From Utricularia gibba (taxonomy: Eukaryota; Plantae; Magnoliophyta): a DNA stretch of 23,439 nucleotides. Of this stretch, positions 1 through 11,000 are shown piece after piece (position 1 is the first letter of the stretch; every line of letters begins with the position of its first letter). The stretch covers positions 1-23,439 of the forward strand of contig NEEC01000327.1 in assembly GCA_002189035.1 (NCBI GenBank). The letters are read 5' to 3'. The notes beneath the pieces were generated by a model. It had not been told where the DNA came from and searched no databases. It worked only from the letters and a program-made list of their open reading frames with translations. A program made the position numbers and the translations under genes.

Positions 1-983
1 TTTGGAGTTACGTTGTCCGATAACTGTGGACATATTAAAAAAGGGCCACAACGAAAGGTGTCTCACGTGGCATTCCGTGGTGACTGCATTTAATAATGTG
101 CTTCATGTTCTCGAAATTGATGCGAACAACATACAAGGCAAAAGAATCAAATAGCCACTAGAGACATGGTATACGGGAATGGTGCATCAAGAATCAGAAG
201 TATCATAGCAACTAAATGCATCAACATATGGTGTCAGAATTCATCTACTATGCGATCAAGTTGGAAAAAAGTCACATGCTACATCATGAATTTCGTGGCA
301 TCACTTATCCAACACTGTTATACACTCTGGATATGCGTAAATATTTATTTTTAATGAATCCCGTGCACGTGTGATTTTTAGGATGCACCCCGAATGATGA
401 TGCGCAATGAAATGACTACGTCGCACATCCTGGTCCGCGAAGCACCTCTTGCATAACATGCAGATCCTTGCTCTTCATAGCACACTGTTGGGAAGCCCTT
501 TTCGAGCTCCAAGTATTATAATTTGGAGTTACGTTTGTCCGATAACTGTGGACATATTAAAAACAAGCCACAACGAAAAGTGTCTTAGGTGTCCTTTCTT
601 GGTGGCTGCGTCTAAGAATGTGCTTCTCGTTCTCGACATTGATGCAAATGGGATACACGGCAAAAGAATCAAATAGCCACTAGAGACATGGTGTATGGGA
701 ATGGTGCATCAAGAATCAGAAGTATCATAGCAACTAATTGAATCAATCAACAGCCAAAACATATGGTGTCAAACTTCATCGGATATGCGATCAAGATGGA
801 AAAAAGTCACATGTTACATCATGAATTTCGTGGCATCACTTATCCCAACACTGTTGTATACTCAGGATATGCGTAAATATTTATTTTTAACAAAATCCGG
901 TGCACGTGTGATTTTTCGGCTGCATCCGAATGGTGATGCGCAATGAAATGACTACGTCGCACATCCTGGTCGCGAAACACCTC

Positions 984-1506
984 TTGCATAACATGCAGAT
1001 CCTTGCTCTTCATAGCACACTGTTGGGAAGCCCTTTTCGAGCTCCAAGTATTATAATTTGGAGTTACGTTTGTCCGATAACTGTGGACATATTAAAAAAG
1101 GGCCACAACGAAAGGTGTCTCACGTGGCATTCCGTGGTGACTGCATTTAATAATGTGCTTCATGTTCTCGAAATTGATGCGAACAACATACAAGGCAAAA
1201 GAATCAAATAGCCACTAGAGACATGGTATACGGGAATGGTGCATCAAGAATCAGAAGTATCATAGCAACTAAATGCATCAACATATGGTGTCAGAATTCA
1301 TCTACTATGCGATCAAGTTGGAAAAAAGTCACATGCTACATCATGAATTTCGTGGCATCACTTATCCCAACACTGTTATACACTCTGGATATGCGTAAAT
1401 ATTTATTTTTAATGAATCCCGTGCACGTGTGATTTTTAGGATGCACCCCGAATGATGATGCGCAATGAAATGACTACGTCGCACATCCTGGTCCGCGAAG
1501 CACCTC
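984..1506. repeat. Representative A monomer (523 bp; unit boundary is arbitrary)
   Basis: Diagnostic alleles are AAAAAAGGGCC, CTCACGTGGCATTCC, AACTAAATGCATCAACATATG, CAGAATTC (EcoRI site at 1294-1299, A only) and TAGGATGCACCCCG. By hand count it has 215/523 G+C and 20 CpG. Confidence 0.95.
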
Positions 1507-2042
1507 TTGCATAACATGCAGATCCTTGCTCTTCATAGCACACTGTTGGGAAGCCCTTTTCGAGCTCCAAGTATTATAATTTGGAGTTACGTTTGTCCGA
1601 TAACTGTGGACATATTAAAAACAAGCCACAACGAAAAGTGTCTTAGGTGTCCTTTCTTGGTGGCTGCGTCTAAGAATGTGCTTCTCGTTCTCGACATTGA
1701 TGCAAATGGGATACACGGCAAAAGAATCAAATAGCCACTAGAGACATGGTGTATGGGAATGGTGCATCAAGAATCAGAAGTATCATAGCAACTAATTGAA
1801 TCAATCAACAGCCAAAACATATGGTGTCAAACTTCATCGGATATGCGATCAAGATGGAAAAAAGTCACATGTTACATCATGAATTTCGTGGCATCACTTA
1901 TCCCAACACTGTTGTATACTCAGGATATGCGTAAATATTTATTTTTAACAAATCCGGTGCACGTGTGATTTTTCGGCTGCATCCCGAATGGTGATGCGCA
2001 ATGAAATGACTACGTCGCACATCCTGGTCCGCGAAACACCTC
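1507..2042. repeat. Representative B monomer (536 bp; unit boundary is arbitrary)
   Basis: Diagnostic alleles are AAAAACAAGCC, CTTAGGTGTCCTTTC, an extra 13 bp within TTGAATCAATCAACAGCCAAAA, and TTCGGCTGCATCCCG. It lacks the EcoRI site. Confidence 0.95.
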
Positions 2043-5000
2043 TTGCATAACATGCAGATCCTTGCTCTTCATAGCACACTGTTGGGAAGCCCTTTTCGAG
2101 CTCCAAGTATTATAATTTGGAGTTACGTTTGTCCGATAACTGTGGACATATTAAAAAAGGGCCACAACGAAAGGTGTCTCACGTGGCATTCCGTGGTGAC
2201 TGCATTTAATAATGTGCTTCATGTTCTCGAAATTGATGCGAACAACATACAAGGCAAAAGAATCAAATAGCCACTAGAGACATGGTATACGGGAATGGTG
2301 CATCAAGAATCAGAAGTATCATAGCAACTAAATGCATCAACATATGGTGTCAGAATTCATCTACTATGCGATCAAGTTGGAAAAAAGTCACATGCTACAT
2401 CATGAATTTCGTGGCATCACTTATCCAACACTGTTATACACTCTGGATATGCGTAAATATTTATTTTTAATGAATCCCGTGCACGTGTGATTTTTAGGAT
2501 GCACCCCGAATGATGATGCGCAATGAAATGACTACGTCGCACATCCTGGTCCGCGAAGCACCTCTTGCATAACATGCAGATCCTTGCTCTTCATAGCACA
2601 CTGTTGGGAAGCCCTTTTCGAGCTCCAAGTATTATAATTTGGAGTTACGTTTGTCCGATAACTGTGGACATATTAAAAACAAGCCACAACGAAAAGTGTC
2701 TTAGGTGTCCTTTCTTGGTGGCTGCGTCTAAGAATGTGCTTCTCGTTCTCGACATTGATGCAAATGGGATACACGGCAAAAGAATCAAATAGCCACTAGA
2801 GACATGGTGTATGGGAATGGTGCATCAAGAATCAGAAGTATCATAGCAACTAATTGAATCAATCAACAGCCAAAACATATGGTGTCAAACTTCATCGGAT
2901 ATGCGATCAAGATGGAAAAAAGTCACATGTTACATCATGAATTTCGTGGCATCACTTATCCCAACACTGTTGTATACTCAGGATATGCGTAAATATTTAT
3001 TTTTAACAAATCCGGTGCACGTGTGATTTTTCGGCTGCATCCCGAATGGTGATGCGCAATGAAATGACTACGTCGCACATCCTGGTCCGCGAAACACCTC
3101 TTGCATAACATGCAGATCCTTGCTCTTCATAGCACACTGTTGGGAAGCCCTTTTCGAGCTCCAAGTATTATAATTTGGAGTTACGTTTGTCCGATAACTG
3201 TGGACATATTAAAAAAGGGCCACAACGAAAGGTGTCTCACGTGGCATTCCGTGGTGACTGCATTTAATAATGTGCTTCATGTTCTCGAAATTGATGCGAA
3301 CAACATACAAGGCAAAAGAATCAAATAGCCACTAGAGACATGGTATACGGGAATGGTGCATCAAGAATCAGAAGTATCATAGCAACTAAATGCATCAACA
3401 TATGGTGTCAGAATTCATCTACTATGCGATCAAGTTGGAAAAAAGTCACATGCTACATCATGAATTTCGTGGCATCACTTATCCCAACACTGTTATACAC
3501 TCTGGATATGCGTAAATATTTATTTTTAATGAATCCCGTGCACGTGTGATTTTTAGGATGCACCCCGAATGATGATGCGCAATGAAATGACTACGTCGCA
3601 CATCCTGGTCCGCGAAGCACCTCTTGCATAACATGCAGATCCTTGCTCTTCATAGCACACTGTTGGGAAGCCCTTTTCGAGCTCCAAGTATTATAATTTG
3701 GAGTTACGTTTGTCCGATAACTGTGGACATATTAAAAACAAGCCACAACGAAAAGTGTCTTAGGTGTCCTTTCTTGGTGGCTGCGTCTAAGAATGTGCTT
3801 CTCGTTCTCGACATTGATGCAAATGGGATACACGGCAAAAGAATCAAATAGCCACTAGAGACATGGTGTATGGGAATGGTGCATCAAGAATCAGAAGTAT
3901 CATAGCAACTAATTGAATCAATCAACAGCCAAAACATATGGTGTCAAACTTCATCGGATATGCGATCAAGATGGAAAAAAGTCACATGTTACATCATGAA
4001 TTTCGTGGCATCACTTATCCCAACACTGTTGTATACTCAGGATATGCGTAAATATTTATTTTTAACAAAATCCGGTGCACGTGTGATTTTTCGGCTGCAC
4101 CCGAATGGTGATGCGCAATGAAATGACTACGTCGCACATCCTGGTCCGCGAAACACCTCTTGCATAACATGCAGATCCTTGCTCTTCATAGCACACTGTT
4201 GGGAAGCCCTTTTCGAGCTCCAAGTATTATAATTTGGAGTTACGTTTGTCCGATAACTGTGGACATATTAAAAAAGGGCCACAACGAAAGGTGTCTCACG
4301 TGGCATTCCGTGGTGACTGCATTTAATAATGTGCTTCATGTTCTCGAAATTGATGCGAACAACATACAAGGCAAAAGAATCAAATAGCCACTAGAGACAT
4401 GGTATACGGGAATGGTGCATCAAGAATCAGAAGTATCATAGCAACTAAATGCATCAACATATGGTGTCAGAATTCATCTACTATGCGATCAAGTTGGAAA
4501 AAAGTCACATGCTACATCATGAATTTCGTGGCATCACTTATCCCAACACTGTTTATACACTCTGGATATGCGTAAATATTTATTTTTAATGAATCCCGTG
4601 CACGTGTGATTTTTAGGATGCACCCCGAATGATGATGCGCAATGAAATGACTACGTCGCACATCCTGGTCCGCGAAGCACCTCTTGCATAACATGCAGAT
4701 CCTTGCTCTTCATAGCACACTGTTGGGAAGCCCTTTTCGAGCTCCAAGTATTATAATTTGGAGTTACGTTTGTCCGATAACTGTGGACATATTAAAAACA
4801 AGCCACAACGAAAAGTGTCTTAGGTGTCCTTTCTTGGTGGCTGCGTCTAAGAATGTGCTTCTCGTTCTCATTGATGCAAATGGGATACACGGCAAAAGAA
4901 TCAAATAGCCACTAGAGACATGGTGTATGGGAATGGTGCATCAAGAATCAGAAGTATCATAGCAACTAATTGAATCAATCAACAGCCAAAACATATGGTG

Positions 5001-8000
5001 TCAAACTTCATCGGATATGCGATCAAGATGGAAAAAAGTCACATGTTACATCATGAATTTCGTGGCATCACTTATCCCAACACTGTTGTATACTCAGGAT
5101 ATGCGTAAATATTTATTTTTAACAATCCGGTGCACGTGTGATTTTTCGGCTGCATCCCGAATGGTGATGCGCAATGAAATGACTACGTCGCACATCCTGG
5201 TCCGCGAAACACCTCTTGCATAACATGCAGATCCTTGCTCTTCATAGCACACTGTTGGGAAGCCCTTTTCGAGCTCCAAGTATTATAATTTGGAGTTACG
5301 TTTGTCCGATAACTGTGGACATATTAAAAAAGGGCCACAACGAAAGGTGTCTCACGTGGCATTCCGTGGTGACTGCATTTAATAATGTGCTTCATGTTCT
5401 CGAAATTGATGCGAACAACATACAAGGCAAAAGAATCAAATAGCCACTAGAGACATGGTATACGGGAATGGTGCATCAAGAATCAGAAGTATCATAGCAA
5501 CTAAATGCATCAACATATGGTGTCAGAATTCATCTACTATGCGATCAAGTTGGAAAAAAGTCACATGCTACATCATGAATTTCGTGGCATCACTTATCCC
5601 AACACTGTTATACACTCTGGATATGCGTAAATATTTATTTTTAATGAATCCCGTGCACGTGTGATTTTTAGGATGCACCCCGAATGATGATGCGCAATGA
5701 AATGACTACGTCGCACATCCTGGTCCGCGAAGCACCTCTTGCATAACATGCAGATCCTTGCTCTTCATAGCACACTGTTGGGAAGCCCTTTTCGAGCTCC
5801 AAGTATTATAATTTGGAGTTACGTTTGTCCGATAACTGTGGACATATTAAAAACAAGCCACAACGAAAAGTGTCTTAGGTGTCCTTTCTTGGTGGCTGCG
5901 TCTAAGAATGTGCTTCTCGTTCTCGACATTGATGCAAATGGGATACACGGCAAAAGAATCAAATAGCCACTAGAGACATGGTGTATGGGAATGGTGCATC
6001 AAGAATCAGAAGTATCATAGCAACTAATTGAATCAATCAACAGCCAAAACATATGGTGTCAAACTTCATCGGATATGCGATCAAGATGGAAAAAAGTCAC
6101 ATGTTACATCATGAATTTCGTGGCATCACTTATCCCAACACTGTTGTATACTCAGGATATGCGTAAATATTTATTTTTAACAAATCCGGTGCACGTGTGA
6201 TTTTTCGGCTGCATCCCGAATGGTGATGCGCAATGAAATGACTACGTCGCACATCCTGGTCCGCGAAACACCTCTTGCATAACATGCAGATCCTTGCTCT
6301 TCATAGCACACTGTTGGGAAGCCCTTTTCGAGCTCCAAGTATTATAATTTGGAGTTACGTTTGTCCGATAACTGTGGACATATTAAAAAGGGCCACAACG
6401 AAAGGTGTCTCACGTGGCATTCCGTGGTGACTGCATTTAATAATGTGCTTCATGTTCTCGAAATTGATGCGAACAACATACAAGGCAAAAGAATCAAATA
6501 GCCACTAGAGACATGGTATACGGGAATGGTGCATCAAGAATCAGAAGTATCATAGCAACTAAATGCATCAACATATGGTGTCAGAATTCATCTACTATGC
6601 GATCAAGTTGGAAAAAAGTCACATGCTACATCATGAATTTCGTGGCATCACTTATCCCAACACTGTTATACACTCTGGATATGCGTAAATATTTATTTTT
6701 AATGAATCCCGTGCACGTGTGATTTTTAGGATGCACCCCGAATGATGATGCGCAATGAAATGACTACGTCGCACATCCTGGTCCGCGAAGCACCTCTTGC
6801 ATAACATGCAGATCCTTGCTCTTCATAGCACACTGTTGGGAAGCCCTTTTCGAGCTCCAAGTATTATAATTTGGAGTTACGTTTGTCCGATAACTGTGGA
6901 CATATTAAAAACAAGCCACAACGAAAAGTGTCTTAGGTGTCCTTTCTTGGTGGCTGCGTCTAAGAATGTGCTTCTCGTTCTCGACATTGATGCAAATGGG
7001 ATACACGGCAAAAGAATCAAATAGCCACTAGAGACATGGTGTATGGGAATGGTGCATCAAGAATCAGAAGTATCATAGCAACTAATTGAATCAATCAACA
7101 GCCAAAACATATGGTGTCAAACTTCATCGGATATGCGATCAAGATGGAAAAAAGTCACATGTTACATCATGAATTTCGTGGCATCACTTATCCCAACACT
7201 GTTGTATACTCAGGATATGCGTAAATATTTATTTTTAACAAATCCGGTGCACGTGTGATTTTTCGGCTGCATCCCGAATGGTGATGCGCAATGAAATGAC
7301 TACGTCGCACATCCTGGTCCGCGAAACACCTCTTGCATAACATGCAGATCCTTGCTCTTCATAGCACACTGTTGGGAAGCCCTTTTCGAGCTCCAAGTAT
7401 TATAATTTGGAGTTACGTTTGTCCGATAACTGTGGACATATTAAAAAAGGGCCACAACGAAAGGTGTCTCACGTGGCATTCCGTGGTGACTGCATTTAAT
7501 AATGTGCTTCATGTTCTCGAAATTGATGCGAACAACATACAAGGCAAAAGAATCAAATAGCCACTAGAGACATGGTATACGGGAATGGTGCATCAAGAAT
7601 CAGAAGTATCATAGCAACTAAATGCATCAACATATGGTGTCAGAATTCATCTACTATGCGATCAAGTTGGAAAAAAGTCACATGCTACATCATGAATTTC
7701 GTGGCATCACTTATCCCAACACTGTTATACACTCTGGATATGCGTAAATATTTATTTTTAATGAATCCCGTGCACGTGTGATTTTTAGGATGCACCCCGA
7801 ATGATGATGCGCAATGAAATGACTACGTCGCACATCCTGGTCCGCGAAGCACCTCTTGCATAACATGCAGATCCTTGCTCTTCATAGCACACTGTTGGGA
7901 AGCCCTTTTCGAGCTCCAAGTATTATAATTTGGAGTTACGTTTGTCCGATAACTGTGGACATATTAAAAACAAGCCACAACGAAAAGTGTCTTAGGTGTC

Positions 8001-11000
8001 CTTTCTTGGTGGCTGCGTCTAAGAATGTGCTTCTCGTTCTCGACATTGATGCAAATGGGATACACGGCAAAAGAATCAAATAGCCACTAGAGACATGGTG
8101 TATGGGAATGGTGCATCAAGAATCAGAAGTATCATAGCAACTAATTGAATCAATCAACAGCCAAAACATATGGTGTCAAACTTCATCGGATATGCGATCA
8201 AGATGGAAAAAAGTCACATGTTACATCATGAATTTCGTGGCATCACTTATCCCAACACTGTTGTATACTCAGGATATGCGTAAATATTTATTTTTAACAA
8301 ATCCGGTGCACGTGTGATTTTTCGGCTGCATCCCGAATGGTGATGCGCAATGAAATGACTACGTCGCACATCCTGGTCCGCGAAACACCTCTTGCATAAC
8401 ATGCAGATCCTTGCTCTTCATAGCACACTGTTGGGAAGCCCTTTTCGAGCTCCAAGTATTATAATTTGGAGTTACGTTTGTCCGATAACTGTGGACATAT
8501 TAAAAAAGGGCCACAACGAAAGGTGTCTCACGTGGCATTCCGTGGTGACTGCATTTAATAATGTGCTTCATGTTCTCGAAATTGATGCGAACAACATACA
8601 AGGCAAAAGAATCAAATAGCCACTAGAGACATGGTATACGGGAATGGTGCATCAAGAATCAGAAGTATCATAGCAACTAAATGCATCAACATATGGTGTC
8701 AGAATTCATCTACTATGCGATCAAGTTGGAAAAAAGTCACATGCTACATCATGAATTTCGTGGCATCACTTATCCCAACACTGTTATACACTCTGGATAT
8801 GCGTAAATATTTATTTTTAATGAATCCCGTGCACGTGTGATTTTTAGGATGCACCCCGAATGATGATGCGCAATGAAATGACTACGTCGCACATCCTGGT
8901 CCGCGAAGCACCTCTTGCATAACATGCAGATCCTTGCTCTTCATAGCACACTGTTGGGAAGCCCTTTTCGAGCTCCAAGTATTATAATTTGGAGTTACGT
9001 TTGTCCGATAACTGTGGACATATTAAAAACAAGCCACAACGAAAAGTGTCTTAGGTGTCCTTTCTTGGTGGCTGCGTCTAAGAATGTGCTTCTCGTTCTC
9101 GACATTGATGCAAATGGGATACACGGCAAAAGAATCAAATAGCCACTAGAGACATGGTGTATGGGAATGGTGCATCAAGAATCAGAAGTATCATAGCAAC
9201 TAATTGAATCAATCAACAGCCAAAACATATGGTGTCAAACTTCATCGGATATGCGATCAAGATGGAAAAAAGTCACATGTTACATCATGAATTTCGTGGC
9301 ATCACTTATCCCAACACTGTTGTATACTCAGGATATGCGTAAATATTTATTTTTAACAATCCGGTGCACGTGTGATTTTTCGGCTGCATCCCGAATGGTG
9401 ATGCGCAATGAAATGACTACGTCGCACATCCTGGTCCGCGAAACACCTCTTGCATAACATGCAGATCCTTGCTCTTCATAGCACACTGTTGGGAAGCCCT
9501 TTTCGAGCTCCAAGTATTATAATTTGGAGTTACGTTTGTCCGATAACTGTGGACATATTAAAAAAGGGCCACAACGAAAGGTGTCTCACGTGGCATTCCG
9601 TGGTGACTGCATTTAATAATGTGCTTCATGTTCTCGAAATTGATGCGAACAACATACAAGGCAAAAGAATCAAATAGCCACTAGAGACATGGTATACGGG
9701 AATGGTGCATCAAGAATCAGAAGTATCATAGCAACTAAATGCATCAACATATGGTGTCAGAATTCATCTACTATGCGATCAAGTTGGAAAAAAGTCACAT
9801 GCTACATCATGAATTTCGTGGCATCACTTATCCCAACACTGTTATACACTCTGGATATGCGTAAATATTTATTTTTAATGAATCCCGTGCACGTGTGATT
9901 TTTAGGATGCACCCCGAATGATGATGCGCAATGAAATGACTACGTCGCACATCCTGGTCCGCGAAGCACCTCTTGCATAACATGCAGATCCTTGCTCTTC
10001 ATAGCACACTGTTGGGAAGCCCTTTTCGAGCTCCAAGTATTATAATTTGGAGTTACGTTTGTCCGATAACTGTGGACATATTAAAAACAAGCCACAACGA
10101 AAAGTGTCTTAGGTGTCCTTTCTTGGTGGCTGCGTCTAAGAATGTGCTTCTCGTTCTCGACATTGATGCAAATGGGATACACGGCAAAAGAATCAAATAG
10201 CCACTAGAGACATGGTGTATGGGAATGGTGCATCAAGAATCAGAAGTATCATAGCAACTAATTGAATCAATCAACAGCCAAAACATATGGTGTCAAACTT
10301 CATCGGATATGCGATCAAGATGGAAAAAAGTCACATGTTACATCATGAATTTCGTGGCATCACTTATCCCAACACTGTTGTATACTCAGGATATGCGTAA
10401 ATATTTATTTTTAACAAATCCGGTGCACGTGTGATTTTTCGGCTGCATCCCGAATGGTGATGCGCAATGAAATGACTACGTCGCACATCCTGGTCCGCGA
10501 AGCACCTCTTGCATAACATGCAGATCCTTGCTCTTCATAGCACACTGTTGGGAAGCCCTTTTCGAGCTCCAAGTATTATAATTTGGAGTTACGTTTGTCC
10601 GATAACTGTGGACATATTAAAAAAGGGCCACAACGAAAGGTGTCTCACGTGGCATTCCGTGGTGACTGCATTTAATAATGTGCTTCATGTTCTCGAAATT
10701 GATGCGAACAACATACAAGGCAAAAGAATCAAATAGCCACTAGAGACATGGTATACGGGAATGGTGCATCAAGAATCAGAAGTATCATAGCAACTAAATG
10801 CATCAACATATGGTGTCAGAATTCATCTACTATGCGATCAAGTTGGAAAAAAGTCACATGCTACATCATGAATTTCGTGGCATCACTTATCCCAACACTG
10901 TTATACACTCTGGATATGCGTAAATATTTATTTTTAATGAATCCCGTGCACGTGTGATTTTTAGGATGCACCCCGAATGATGATGCGCAATGAAATGACT

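Noticed and set aside
271-371. Budding-yeast point centromere (CDEI-CDEII-CDEIII)
   Set aside because: The CDEI-like 8-mer is present, but the following pure A/T run is only 18 bp (338-355), not ~80 bp. I see no CDEIII, and point centromeres are not tandemly arrayed.
449-676. 75-aa ORF (MHNMQILALHS...) open in both A and B monomers, about 40 copies
   Set aside because: It starts at TTG and resembles no protein family I know. Of the 23 A/B substitutions inside it, only about 4 are synonymous and 15 residues change, which matches neutral expectation. Several copies are frameshifted (e.g. 6275, 17916, 19493). Its N-terminal identity only reflects the invariant DNA block.
1223-1432. 62-69-aa ORF (MVYGNGASRIRS...) and the sporadic minus-strand and 68-aa ORFs
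   Set aside because: The B monomer has a stop in the same frame (AATTGA). The others appear only where single-base indels happen to join frames. There is no recognisable domain.
1450-1470. Box C/D snoRNA (ATGATGA box C), 5S rRNA, tRNA or spliced-leader RNA gene array
   Set aside because: The box C match is present only in A, and there is no CTGA box D on the + strand. I found no cloverleaf, no convincing Pol III A/B boxes and no 5S or SL sequence similarity.
984-1506. Internal ~175-bp subrepeat (523 is about 3 x 174, nucleosome-sized)
   Set aside because: Only scattered 8-9-mers recur (ACACTGTT, AAGAATCA, CGTGGCAT, GGATATGCG), at inconsistent spacings. I could see no collinear similarity between thirds. 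An autocorrelation analysis would settle it.
1965-2000. CENP-B box near TTCGGCTGCATCCCGAATG
   Set aside because: It does not fit TTCGNNNNANNCGGG on either strand.
984-2042. Hammerhead ribozyme or retrozyme, as known in newt, schistosome and cave-cricket satellites
   Set aside because: I found no CTGANGA core on either strand by eye (no CTGA on +; minus-strand CTGAGTA, CTGATTC and CTGACAC do not fit). An Infernal scan for other ribozyme classes is still worth running.
984-2042. Kinetoplast minicircle with two conserved regions (~1 kb, two related halves)
   Set aside because: The universal CSB-3 sequence GGGGTTGGTGTA is absent on both strands (only TGGTGTA matches). The halves are similar along their whole length rather than only at an origin.
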